Assembly: GCA_949840775.1 (NCBI GenBank)
Contig: CATKXO010000007.1
Location: 24,744 to 48,743 of the forward strand
Length of the DNA: 24,000 nt
Origin: an uncultured bacterium
GTDB lineage: Bacteria; Bacillota; Clostridia; Oscillospirales; Oscillospiraceae
Direction of reading: 5' to 3'
Position 1 is the first letter of the stretch, and every line of letters starts with the position of its first letter. The translations under genes and the position numbers were made by a program. Under the pieces are notes generated by a model. It was not told the DNA's origin, did no database searches, and saw only the letters and a program-made list of their open reading frames with translations. Shown here piece after piece: positions 7,422-15,152 of the stretch.

Positions 7422-10190
7422 TTACTCGATTTCGATGGCGGGAACCACCTTCGCGCATCGGGGGCAGAGGGTGGGATGCTTGGCATCCTGACCCACGGTG
7501 GGCAGCACCTTCCAGCACCGCTCGCACTTCTGGCCCTGGGCGGGCTCCACATCGGCCCGGAAGAGGCCCTTGACCTCGGTCTCCACCTGGGAGACGATGA
7601 GCAGGTCGGCCAGCTCCTCCTGGTCCATCTCGGCCAGGAAGGCGCACTCCTCCCGGATATTGAGCGTGACCTTGGCCTCCAGGCTCTTGCCGATCTTCTT
7701 CTCGGCCCGGGCGGTCTCCAGCTCGCCGTTGACCATGCTGCGAACGTCAATAATGGCGTCCCACCGGTCCATGGCGGCCTGGTCCAGGGCATAGATGGCA
7801 AAAGGGCTGTTCATCTCATTGAGCAGCACGTTCCGTCCGTCGTCGCTGTCCCGGTGGGGCATGGCCAGCCAGATCTCGTCGCAGGTGAAGGCCAGGATGG
7901 GGGCGAAGAGCTTGGTCATGGTGTCCAGGATGAGCCACAGGGCGGTCTGGGCGGAGCGGCGCTTCAAACCATCCTTCTCCTCGCAGTACAGCCTATCCTT
8001 GATGATGTCCAGATAGAAGGAGGACAGCTCCACCACGCAGAAGTCGTTGATGGCGTGGGAGACTACGTGGAACTCATAGTTGTCATAGGCGGCGAAGCAC
8101 TTCTCAATGAGCCCGTTCAGCTTGGTAATGGCCCAGCGGTCCAGCTCCACCATGTCGCTGGGGGCCACCAGATTGTTGGGATCGAAGCCGTCCAGGTTGC
8201 CCAGGCAGTACCGGGCGGTGTTGCGGAATTTCAGATAGTTCTGGGACAGCTGCTTGAAGATGGCGTCGGAGCAGCGCACATCCACGTGGTAATCGGCGGA
8301 GCCCGCCCACAGGCGGATCAGGTCCGCGCCGTACTTCTTAAAGATGTCGGCGGGGTCCACGCCGTTGCCCAGGGACTTGTGCATGGCCTTGCCCTCGCCG
8401 TCCACGGTCCAGCCGTGGGTGACGCACTCCTTAAAGGGAGCCCCCTTGCCCAGGGCGCCCACGGCGGTGAGCAGGGAGGACTGGAACCAACCGCGGTACT
8501 GGTCCAGGCCCTCCATATAGACGGTGGCGGGCCAGAAGCCCTGGTCGTTCTGCATGGAGGCGAAGTGGGTGGAGCCGGAGTCGAACCAGCCGTCCAGGGT
8601 GTCCTCCTCCTTGGTGAAGCCGCTCTTGGAGCCGCAGTGGGGGCAGGCGAAGTCCTTGGGCAGGATGTCCGCCGCCTCGGTCTCATACCAGGCGTTGGAG
8701 CCCTTCTCCCCGAAGAGGGCGGACACAGCGGCGATGGTCTCGTCGGTGCAGATGGGCTTGCCGCAGTCCGAGCAGTAGAACACGGGGATAGGCAGGCCCC
8801 ACCGGCGCTGCCGGGAGATGCACCAGTCGGCCCGCTCCTGGATCATGGACTTCATCCGGTCGATGCCCCAGCCGGGCACCCAGCGCACCTCCTCGCAGGC
8901 GGCCACGGCGGCGTCCTTGAAGGACTCCACCGAGCAGAACCACTGGGGGGTGGCCCGGAAGATGATGGGCTTTTTGCACCGCCAGCAGTGGGGGTAGGAG
9001 TGGACGATGTCCTCGGAGGCGAACAGGGCCCCGCTGGCCTTCATGTCGGCCAGGATGACGGGGTTGCTCTCGTCGGTGCCCATGCCGGCGTACTTGCCGG
9101 CGTAGTCGGTGTGGCGGCCCCGGTCGTCCACGGGCACCACCATCTCGATCTTGTACCGCTTGCAGGTCTCGTAGTCGTCCGCGCCGAAGCCGGGGGCGGT
9201 GTGGACGCAGCCGGTGCCGCTGTCCATGGTGACGTACTCGGCGGTGCAAAGCTGGCTGGTCTTGTCCAGGAAGGGGTGCTGGGCCAGCATATACTCAAAG
9301 TCAGAACCGGTGAAGGTGGCGACGGTCTCATAATTCTCGATGCCGCCCACCTTCATCACCTTGTCCCGGAGGGCCTCGGCCAGGATATACATCTCACCGT
9401 TGTCCGCCTTCACCAGCACGTAGCTGTCCCGGGGGTGGAGGGCGATGGCCAGGTTGCCGGGCAGGGTCCAAATGGTGGTGGTCCAGATGAGGAAGTACAT
9501 CTTGGACACGTCGCCGTACTGCCCCAGCTTGCCCAGGTCGTCCTTCACCTGGAACTTCACGTAGACGGTGGTGACCGGGTCGTCCTGGTATTCGATCTCC
9601 GCCTCGGCCAGGGCGGTCTCGTCGTGGGGGCACCAGTACACCGGCTTCAGGCCCTTGTAGATATAGCCGTTCTTGTACATGGCCCCGAAAATCTTCACCT
9701 CCTCGGCCTCGAAGCCGGGGGACATGGTGAGGTAGGGGTTCTCCCAGTCGCCGATGACCCCCATCCGCTTAAAGCCGTCCCGCTGCACGTCCACATAGTG
9801 CTGGGCGAACTCGTGGCAGGCGGTGCGGAACTCGGGGACGGACATGGCCTTGCGGTTGAGCTTGTTCTGCTTGATGATGGCGCTCTCAATGGGCATGCCG
9901 TGGTTGTCCCAGCCGGGGATGTAGGGGGTGAGATAGCCCCGCATGGCGGCGGTGCGGGTCATAAAGTCCTTGATGGACTTGTTCAGGGCGTGGCCCATGT
10001 GGAGCGCGCCGTTGGAGAAGGGAGGGCCGTCGTGGAGGGAGTACAGGGGCTTGCCCTCGTTCTTTTTCAGCAGCTCGTGGTAGAGGTCCATGTCCTCCCA
10101 GCGCTTGAGCATGTCGGGCTCCCGGGCGGGCAGCCCCGCCCGCATGGGAAAGTCGGTTTTCGGCAGGTTAATCGTCTTGTTGTAGTCCAT
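7422..10190 (-). CDS. ileS: Isoleucine--tRNA ligase
   Basis: 922 aa. N-terminus MDYNKTINLPKTDFPMRAGLP. HMGHALN (HIGH motif), KMHKSLGN (KMSKS motif), and a C-terminal zinc finger CERCW...CPRC. Confidence 0.97.
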   Translation of the reverse strand: MDYNKTINLPKTDFPMRAGLPAREPDMLKRWEDMDLYHELLKKNEGKPLYSLHDGPPFSNGALHMGHALNKSIKDFMTRTAAMRGYLTPYIPGWDNHGMPIESAIIKQNKLNRKAMSVPEFRTACHEFAQHYVDVQRDGFKRMGVIGDWENPYLTMSPGFEAEEVKIFGAMYKNGYIYKGLKPVYWCPHDETALAEAEIEYQDDPVTTVYVKFQVKDDLGKLGQYGDVSKMYFLIWTTTIWTLPGNLAIALHPRDSYVLVKADNGEMYILAEALRDKVMKVGGIENYETVATFTGSDFEYMLAQHPFLDKTSQLCTAEYVTMDSGTGCVHTAPGFGADDYETCKRYKIEMVVPVDDRGRHTDYAGKYAGMGTDESNPVILADMKASGALFASEDIVHSYPHCWRCKKPIIFRATPQWFCSVESFKDAAVAACEEVRWVPGWGIDRMKSMIQERADWCISRQRRWGLPIPVFYCSDCGKPICTDETIAAVSALFGEKGSNAWYETEAADILPKDFACPHCGSKSGFTKEEDTLDGWFDSGSTHFASMQNDQGFWPATVYMEGLDQYRGWFQSSLLTAVGALGKGAPFKECVTHGWTVDGEGKAMHKSLGNGVDPADIFKKYGADLIRLWAGSADYHVDVRCSDAIFKQLSQNYLKFRNTARYCLGNLDGFDPNNLVAPSDMVELDRWAITKLNGLIEKCFAAYDNYEFHVVSHAINDFCVVELSSFYLDIIKDRLYCEEKDGLKRRSAQTALWLILDTMTKLFAPILAFTCDEIWLAMPHRDSDDGRNVLLNEMNSPFAIYALDQAAMDRWDAIIDVRSMVNGELETARAEKKIGKSLEAKVTLNIREECAFLAEMDQEELADLLIVSQVETEVKGLFRADVEPAQGQKCERCWKVLPTVGQDAKHPTLCPRCAKVVPAIEIE

Positions 10191-10692
10191 TTTTACAGTA
10201 CTCCTTCATTGTAATTTTATATAATGTTTTCATTTGTTCAAGAGATGGGTTAAAATGTCCAATAATAGGAATGTTTGTGATATGCTTACAATTTGGATAG
10301 GCAGAACAGCTTAAAAATGGTCCGTACCTTCCTTGCTTAAGAATCAAAGATGCTCCACATTCAGGACAGTTTTTTCCTAAATGAATATTTTCAGGTCTAT
10401 ACTCAGGTTTGGAGGATAACTTAACATATTCAAGGGAAGTATGACCGAAAAAACATATTCCGCCATCAGTATCAGCTTTCATAATTTTGCAATAGGCGTG
10501 ATTTATAAAAACTCGATAGTTTTTTAAATCATCAATGCCCAAATAGCAAAGATAATCAGAAATTAAAATGCCAAAAACAGTTGGAGAACGCCCTTTTGTA
10601 GATAAGTATTCTCCTGGAAATAACTCTTTAAGTTCTGCGCCAGTAACATAGCGTTCCTCATAGCCATTATAAACAGGACGCTTATCTTGCAT
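10168..10692 (-). CDS. Hypothetical 174-aa protein: unknown N-terminal domain plus a C-terminal topoisomerase-type C4 zinc ribbon
   Basis: ATG 10692 is preceded by the RBS AAGGAAGGGGG. CPECGASLILKQGRYGPFLSCSAYPNCKH is the CxxC...CxxC zf-C4_Topoisom pattern. About 32% GC (hand count, 10261-10320). The 3' end overlaps the ileS start by 23 nt. The ORF-track N-terminal extension to 10809 reads through the T-box terminator and is rejected. Confidence 0.6.
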   Translation of the reverse strand: MQDKRPVYNGYEERYVTGAELKELFPGEYLSTKGRSPTVFGILISDYLCYLGIDDLKNYRVFINHAYCKIMKADTDGGICFFGHTSLEYVKLSSKPEYRPENIHLGKNCPECGASLILKQGRYGPFLSCSAYPNCKHITNIPIIGHFNPSLEQMKTLYKITMKEYCKNGLQQDD

Positions 10693-10720
10693 AATAATAC
10701 CCCCTTCCTTTGACACATAA

Positions 10721-10958
10721 CAAAAACGCCCCCGTCCCATAAAGAGACAAAGGCGTAAACCTCTGCGGTACCACTCTTCTTGCCGGGGCATAAATCCTCG
10801 GCCGCTCAAAAGCTGCCCGGTAACGGGGGCGTCCGGAGGGGCCTACTGCGATTCAGCCCTCAGCTCCAAGGTGATCTTCGCCGCTCCCTCCCGTCCGCCT
10901 TTCACCAAACGGCGGCTCTCTTTGCGTCTTGGGGGCGGGTACTCGTCCTTTTCCGCGC
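10721..10958 (-). promoter_or_regulatory. T-box riboswitch leader with an Ile (AUC) specifier
   Basis: - strand elements: stem I base AAGG/CCUU; specifier loop ACGAGUA // CGAAG-AUC-A (AUC at 10875-10873); AGAGAG; distal loop GGUGAAA; second stem with AGUA; T-box AGAGUGGUACCGCAG. The antiterminator is AAGAG/CUCUU plus GCAGAGG/CCUUUGU with a UGGUACC bulge. The terminator is ACGCCUUUGUCUC-UUUAU-GGGACGGGGGCGU followed by UUUUU. Confidence 0.85.
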
Positions 10959-10978
10959 ATTTTGCATGTGTGTTTCGT

Positions 10979-11007
10979 ATTCTATCCGGTTTTTGCGGGG
11001 TTGTCAA
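10979..11007 (-). promoter_or_regulatory. Sigma-70-type promoter of the T-box/ileS unit
   Basis: TTGACA (11007-11002), 17-nt spacer, TAGAAT (10984-10979). The TAG of the -10 is the rluD stop codon. Confidence 0.65.
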
Positions 11008-11932
11008 GGGGTGTTTTTGCCAATGACCGCCCAATTTTCCGCAATATTTCCTCAAACCACTGGGGCAAAGGGCACTCCAGCTCCACCAGCTCCCCGGAGG
11101 CGGGGTGGACAAACCGCAGCCGCCGGGCGTGAAGGCACTGTCCCGCCAGGCCGGGGACGGGCTTTTTGCTGCCGTAGACGGTATCCCCCAGCAGGGGGTG
11201 GCCCAGGGAGGCCAGGTGGACCCGAATCTGGTGGGTGCGGCCTGTCTCCAGGCGGCACTCCACATGGGTGTACCCGGGGTACCGGGCCAGGACGGACCAG
11301 TGGGTCACCGCCTCCCGGCCGTTTTTACGGTCCACGGCCATCTTTTTCCGGTCCACCGGGTGCCGTCCGATGGGGGCGTTCACGGTGCCGCTGTCCTCTT
11401 TCAGGTTCCCCACCGCCACCGCCTCATAGGTCCGGGCCAGGGAGTGGTCCTGGAGCTGGGCGGCCAGGGCCAGGTGGGCCCGGTCGTTCTTGGCGGCGAT
11501 GATGAGCCCGGAGGTGTCCCGGTCGATGCGGTGGACGATGCCGGGGCGCAGCTCTCCGTTGATTCCAGACAGTGAACTTCCACAGTGATATAACAGGGCG
11601 TTGACCAAAGTTCCGTCCGGGTGGCCCGGCGCGGGGTGGACCACCAGCCCCACCGGCTTGTTGACCACAATCACGTCTTCGTCCTCATAGACCACGTCCA
11701 GGGGGATGTTCTGGGGGACCACGTCAATGGGCTCCGGATCGGGGAGGACCGCCTCCAGCACCTTACCGGGGACGGGCCGGTCGTTTTTCCGCACCGGCTT
11801 GCCCTCCAGTGTCACCGCTCCCCGCTCCAGCAGCTTCTGGGCTCCGGAGCGGGTCAGGCCGGGCACCAGCCGGGCCAGCAGGGCGTCGGCCCGCTCCCCC
11901 TCCCGGTCAGCCCTCAGCGTCAGCGCTGTCAT
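10982..11932 (-). CDS. rluD: RluA-family 23S rRNA pseudouridine synthase (RluD-like)
   Basis: 316 aa. N-terminal S4 domain (RADALLARLVPGLTRSGAQKLLERGAVTLEG), catalytic motif HRIDRDTSGLI, and GRTHQIRVHL. Confidence 0.9.
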   Translation of the reverse strand: MTALTLRADREGERADALLARLVPGLTRSGAQKLLERGAVTLEGKPVRKNDRPVPGKVLEAVLPDPEPIDVVPQNIPLDVVYEDEDVIVVNKPVGLVVHPAPGHPDGTLVNALLYHCGSSLSGINGELRPGIVHRIDRDTSGLIIAAKNDRAHLALAAQLQDHSLARTYEAVAVGNLKEDSGTVNAPIGRHPVDRKKMAVDRKNGREAVTHWSVLARYPGYTHVECRLETGRTHQIRVHLASLGHPLLGDTVYGSKKPVPGLAGQCLHARRLRFVHPASGELVELECPLPQWFEEILRKIGRSLAKTPLDNPAKTG

Positions 11933-12398
11933 GGCCGATCTCCTCGTGGGGCTCCAGCTTGTCCATCAGGAACAGGTAGTACAGCCCGGCGGCGATGCCC
12001 CCCACCACCACGCAGATGTCCGCCACGTTGAACACCGCGAAGCGCATAAACAGAACGTTAAACATGTCCACCACAAAGCCCCGAAGGGCCCGGTCGATGA
12101 GGTTGCCCACCGCCCCCGCCAGCAGCAGCGTGAGGGTGAGCTTGCCCAGGGGGTGCCGGAACAGGTTGAGCCACAGGGCCGCCGCCAGCGCCAGGGACAT
12201 GAGCAGCGACACCAGGGCCAGGGCCCAGGTGTGGTCCGAGAAGATGGAGAAGGCCGCCCCGGTGTTGGTCACATAGGTCAGGTCCAGGATGTAGGGGATA
12301 AAGGGGACGTGCTCCCCCAGGGGGATGTTGGTCATCACCAGATATTTGACGATCTGGTCCACGGCCACCAGGACCGCAGCGATGAGTGCGTAAATCAT
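11907..12398 (-). CDS. lspA: Lipoprotein signal peptidase (signal peptidase II)
   Basis: 163 aa with four hydrophobic segments. NTGAAFS and VVDMF...FNVAD are LspA signature boxes. Overlaps rluD by 26 nt. Confidence 0.9.
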   Translation of the reverse strand: MIYALIAAVLVAVDQIVKYLVMTNIPLGEHVPFIPYILDLTYVTNTGAAFSIFSDHTWALALVSLLMSLALAAALWLNLFRHPLGKLTLTLLLAGAVGNLIDRALRGFVVDMFNVLFMRFAVFNVADICVVVGGIAAGLYYLFLMDKLEPHEEIGHDSADAEG

Positions 12399-12572
12399 GG
12401 AAAATTTCCTCCATTAAAGGGCAGGGGCCGCATTTCTGCGGCCCCTTTCATAAGGTCAGCGCTTTGGCAGGCGTACCAGGCTCCTGCGTCTCTCGGGTTT
12501 CCCCTGTCCATGCCATCGGCGTGTGGTCGGTACGAAATCTACCACCTCAAAGCGCCAGCTTATCCTACTCTC

Positions 12573-12601
12573 AGTATAGCCGTATTATTCAGATTTGTAA
12601 A
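12573..12601 (-). promoter_or_regulatory. Candidate promoter driving a ~165-nt leader ahead of lspA
   Basis: TTTACA (12601-12596), 17-nt spacer, TATACT (12578-12573). The -35 lies in the last codons of the PBECR-like ORF. Confidence 0.5.
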
Positions 12602-12962
12602 GAATTTTTTTGTTGTGCAGCAGGCGGTTCCATTCCTTTTCCCGAATTTTCATAAAAGTAATCACAGAATTTTTATAGTTTGGATTATCTGACGGCGTGA
12701 CCAGGCGAAGGGCCAGCCGAAAATGCTCATTTTGCTCCGACACCTTTTTCAAAACGACTGCCGTATTGGGACGGGCATCGGCAATGATGTAATCGGGGTT
12801 CAATATAATTTCAGGAATGTAAGCGCAAAATTTCTCATAATCCTTTGGGTGATGTAATTTTATGTGTTCAATCCGTTCCTCTGTGATGATAACTTCTCTG
12901 GTCTGGATGTCCATTGAAACACATTGATAAATACCAAATTCCAAATCGCACAGTTTAATCAT
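12585..12962 (-). CDS. Hypothetical 125-aa protein, PBECR-like (Barnase/EndoU/ColicinE5-D/RelE-like nuclease fold) by motif recollection
   Basis: About 33% GC (hand count, 12781-12840). ITEERIEHIKLHHPKDYEKFCAYIPEIILNPDYII...FRLALRL resembles the H-I-K-x-K/H-HP-x-DY ... PDY pattern I associate with PBECR-family proteins of Firmicutes mobile elements; this is unverified. The RBS GAGGAA overlaps the stop codon of the upstream loader gene, with a 12-nt gap. Confidence 0.5.
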   Translation of the reverse strand: MIKLCDLEFGIYQCVSMDIQTREVIITEERIEHIKLHHPKDYEKFCAYIPEIILNPDYIIADARPNTAVVLKKVSEQNEHFRLALRLVTPSDNPNYKNSVITFMKIREKEWNRLLHNKKILYKSE

Positions 12963-12974
12963 AGGTCCGATTCC

Positions 12975-13979
12975 TCACAGCCGGTTTTTCCTCACCAGCC
13001 GGATATCCTCCCCGAAAAACTCCAGGAACTCGTACTCTCCCTTCAGGCGGGATACGATGGGGGGATCGTAACGTTGCTCCAGCTCCTCCAGGGACAGGTT
13101 GGTGGAAACAACGGTCTGCTTGTCCGCGACCAACCTGGCATTCACCAGTTCGTACAGGGAGGACTGGGTCAGACGGGTGGTCATCTCCCGGCCCAGGTCG
13201 TCCAGGATGAGCAGGTCGCAGCTGAGGTAGCGCCGGGTCTCGTCCCAGGCGTCCAGGCCGTCGGCGCTGTCCCGGTGGAACTTGCGGGCCTCGAACTGGT
13301 TAAAGATGTTCACTGCGGTGTCGTAGACCACAGAGAAGCCGTTTTCCGACACAGTGCGGGCGATGCAGGCAGAAAGGAAGGTCTTGCCCAGCCCCGGCGG
13401 CCCGGAGAGGAGCAGATTTTTGGTGGAGATGCGGCCGAATTTGTGGGCATAGTTCCAGCACACATTGCTGTTCATGACCATATGCTCCCGGGGCGATATC
13501 CCATGCCGGGGGTCGAAGGCCTGACTGTAGTAATCCGTGGAAAAGGTATCGAAGGACTGCTCCCCCAGGTCCAGCAGCTTGGAAAGTTCTTTGATCTGCT
13601 CCTGGGCGCACAGCTCTTTCAGGCAGCGGCACATGCTCGCCCCTTGCCAGCCGGTATCCCGGCACAGGGGACAGGCGGGCTTGTCGTCCAGGGCGTCCTC
13701 GGGCAGGCCCATGGCCCCCAGGAGGACGGCCCGCTCCCGCTGGAGGTTCTGGTTCTCCTCCCGGACCGCGCGGACGGCGGCCGCCGGGTCCTCTCCCTTG
13801 CGGAGGGCGGCGGCCACCAGGCCGGCCATGGTGCCCTGGATGCGGCGGTCCAGCTGCTCCAGCCTGGGCTGGCGGGCGTAGGCATCCTGACGCAGATGCT
13901 CGATCTGGTCCCGGCGGCGGCGGTTCTGGTCCTCCAGCCGCTGGGTGGCCCGGCGCAGTACGTTGGCGTCGTATGGCAT
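12975..13979 (-). CDS. Replicative helicase loader, DnaI/DnaC (IstB-like AAA+) family
   Basis: 334 aa. N-terminal Cys cluster CPLCRDTGW...CRC. Walker A GPPGLGKTF and Walker B LLILDDLG. Follows the DnaD-domain gene with a 1-nt gap. Confidence 0.8.
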   Translation of the reverse strand: MPYDANVLRRATQRLEDQNRRRRDQIEHLRQDAYARQPRLEQLDRRIQGTMAGLVAAALRKGEDPAAAVRAVREENQNLQRERAVLLGAMGLPEDALDDKPACPLCRDTGWQGASMCRCLKELCAQEQIKELSKLLDLGEQSFDTFSTDYYSQAFDPRHGISPREHMVMNSNVCWNYAHKFGRISTKNLLLSGPPGLGKTFLSACIARTVSENGFSVVYDTAVNIFNQFEARKFHRDSADGLDAWDETRRYLSCDLLILDDLGREMTTRLTQSSLYELVNARLVADKQTVVSTNLSLEELEQRYDPPIVSRLKGEYEFLEFFGEDIRLVRKNRL

Positions 13980-13980
13980 A

Positions 13981-14928
13981 TCAGTTTCCCTCCTGTTTCA
14001 TCTGTTCCATCAGGCGGCGGGTGCGCTCCACGTTTTCCCTGGCCCGGCGCTCCTGCTCGGCGGGGGGCGGAGCGGCCTGCTGCCCTCCCGCCCGGACAGG
14101 ACGGGGGTCCCGGTCTCCCGTCCGGACGGCGGCGGCAGTGTGCAGCCCCTTGTCGTGCCAGCGGCGGAGGATACCGTTCATATAGCCCCAGTCCATCGAC
14201 TGTTTTTTCAGCACCGTCCGCTCATAGGCCATGCGGATGGCCTCGTCCTCAAAGCCCATCCCGTCCCAGGCGGCGATGTAGTCCTTCTCCCGCTGGACCA
14301 GGGGCCGGGGAGAGATGTCCAGCAGACGGAGCACCTCCGCCTCCCGGCTCCGCAGGCGGGTGAGCATTTGGATGTGCTCCTCCGCCCGCTCCATGGTGTC
14401 AATCCCCCGGCGGGCCCAGACAAAACCCTCCTTCCGGATCTGAGACAAAAAGGGTTTTCGCCCCGGCCCGTACTTCCGGGCGGTCTCCTCGATGCACCAG
14501 CCTGTCAGCATCAGGACAACCTCGGCGGGGAGGGCCAGGTGGTCGTATAAGGTATAGAGGCTTTTCAGGTCGGCGGCGGACAGCCGCTTGCCCAGCCGCC
14601 GCTCCACCTCGCCCACTAGGGCGGGGAAGGTGGAGTGCTCCTCCTCCAGGGCCTGGGTGATGTCCTCGGTGGAATACTCCGGGGGAGGGGCCTCCTGAAC
14701 GGGGGGCTGGGCCGGGGCGGGCAGCTCACTGGGGGCCAGCCCCTGGGACCGCAGGCGGTCCAGGGCGCTTTGCAGGCGGGCCTCCGTCCACTTCAGACTG
14801 TCTGCCTCGCCGTGGCGCAGCAGTTGAAGGTAGAGCAGGGCGGCGTCGCCGCTGTCCAGCTTTAAAAGCCGGTCCGCCGCCTGGGCGGTAATGGCCAGCA
14901 CCTGGCCGGGAAGAAATACCTGGGACAC
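13981..14928 (-). CDS. DnaD-domain replication initiation/primosome protein (DnaB/DnaD-like of Firmicutes)
   Basis: 315 aa with a GTG start and RBS GAGGAGGGGG. The C-terminal segment IAAWDGMGFEDEAIRMAYERTVLKKQSMDWGYMNGILRRWHDKGLHT is a DnaD/DnaB_2-type repeat. Operon partner of the loader ATPase. Confidence 0.7.
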   Translation of the reverse strand: MSQVFLPGQVLAITAQAADRLLKLDSGDAALLYLQLLRHGEADSLKWTEARLQSALDRLRSQGLAPSELPAPAQPPVQEAPPPEYSTEDITQALEEEHSTFPALVGEVERRLGKRLSAADLKSLYTLYDHLALPAEVVLMLTGWCIEETARKYGPGRKPFLSQIRKEGFVWARRGIDTMERAEEHIQMLTRLRSREAEVLRLLDISPRPLVQREKDYIAAWDGMGFEDEAIRMAYERTVLKKQSMDWGYMNGILRRWHDKGLHTAAAVRTGDRDPRPVRAGGQQAAPPPAEQERRARENVERTRRLMEQMKQEGN

Positions 14929-15061
14929 GGGCGCCCCCTCCTCTCTTTAAAAAGCTTGCCCTCTATTCTACAACAAAATCTCTCCCGCGTCCACAATAAT
15001 TACTGGGAATTGAATCATTGCGCGGATTGGACACAAAAATTAAAAATAATAAAAATAATTT

Positions 15062-15092
15062 TATGTTCAAACCCGCCTGGCTGTGATATAAT
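15062..15092 (+). promoter_or_regulatory. Extended -10 promoter upstream of zapA
   Basis: TGATATAAT (15084-15092, form TGnTATAAT) lies in an AT-rich intergenic region about 60 nt before ATG 15153. The -35 is weak (TGTTCA, 15064-15069). Confidence 0.5.
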
Positions 15093-15152
15093 GAATCATA
15101 TCTATAAAAACTGGGAGCATGTGCCCAGAAAAGCAGCGGGGAGGAAGGAAAT

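Noticed and set aside
7401-10214. A 937-aa + strand ORF, and similar long ORFs at 1470-3104, 12924-14363, 15102-16139, 17635-18588, 19362-20699, 20749-21540 and 22840-23823.
   Set aside because: All lie antisense to, or out of frame with, confidently identified genes (ileS, ATPase, dnaI, U32, luxE/luxC-like, mreC). Their Gly/Pro/Arg/Ala-rich low-complexity translations are typical of stop-poor alternative frames in high-GC DNA.
10693-10809. The N-terminal extension of the zinc-ribbon ORF (ORF-track start at 10809, MSGRGFMPRQEEWYRRGLRL...).
   Set aside because: This part is high-GC, reads straight through the T-box sequence and its terminator, and has no RBS. ATG 10692 has a strong RBS and coincides with the GC drop.
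10850-10852. A second AUC (in cuGAAUCGCAGUAGg) as the possible T-box specifier.
   Set aside because: It sits in the loop of the second stem (GGGC...GCCC). The AUC at 10875-10873 is in the correct stem I internal loop opposite AGUA, is preceded by GAAG, and is followed by the conserved A.
11001-11016. A 16-nt exact match, ttgtcaaggggtgttt, shared with 21895-21910.
   Set aside because: In both places it is the reverse complement of a -35 TTGACA plus flanking bases of a - strand promoter. The 4468-4480 promoter has a similar flank. This probably reflects promoter and RBS constraints plus chance, and there is not enough evidence for a mobile or regulatory element.
12490-12525. Resemblance of ACAGGGGAAACCCGAGAGACGCAGGAGCC in the lspA leader to c-di-GMP-I (GEMM-I) core strings or to a PyrR binding loop.
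   Set aside because: The P1b hairpin and tetraloop-receptor geometry of GEMM-I are missing, and the PyrR consensus (UCCAGAGAGGCU) does not align in register. This is only superficial string similarity.
14940-15152. Possible DnaA boxes or an origin-like AT-rich region between the DnaD-domain gene and zapA (tccacaat, ttggacaca).
   Set aside because: The best matches to TTATCCACA are only 6/9, and there are just two. The AT-richness is adequately explained by divergent promoters.
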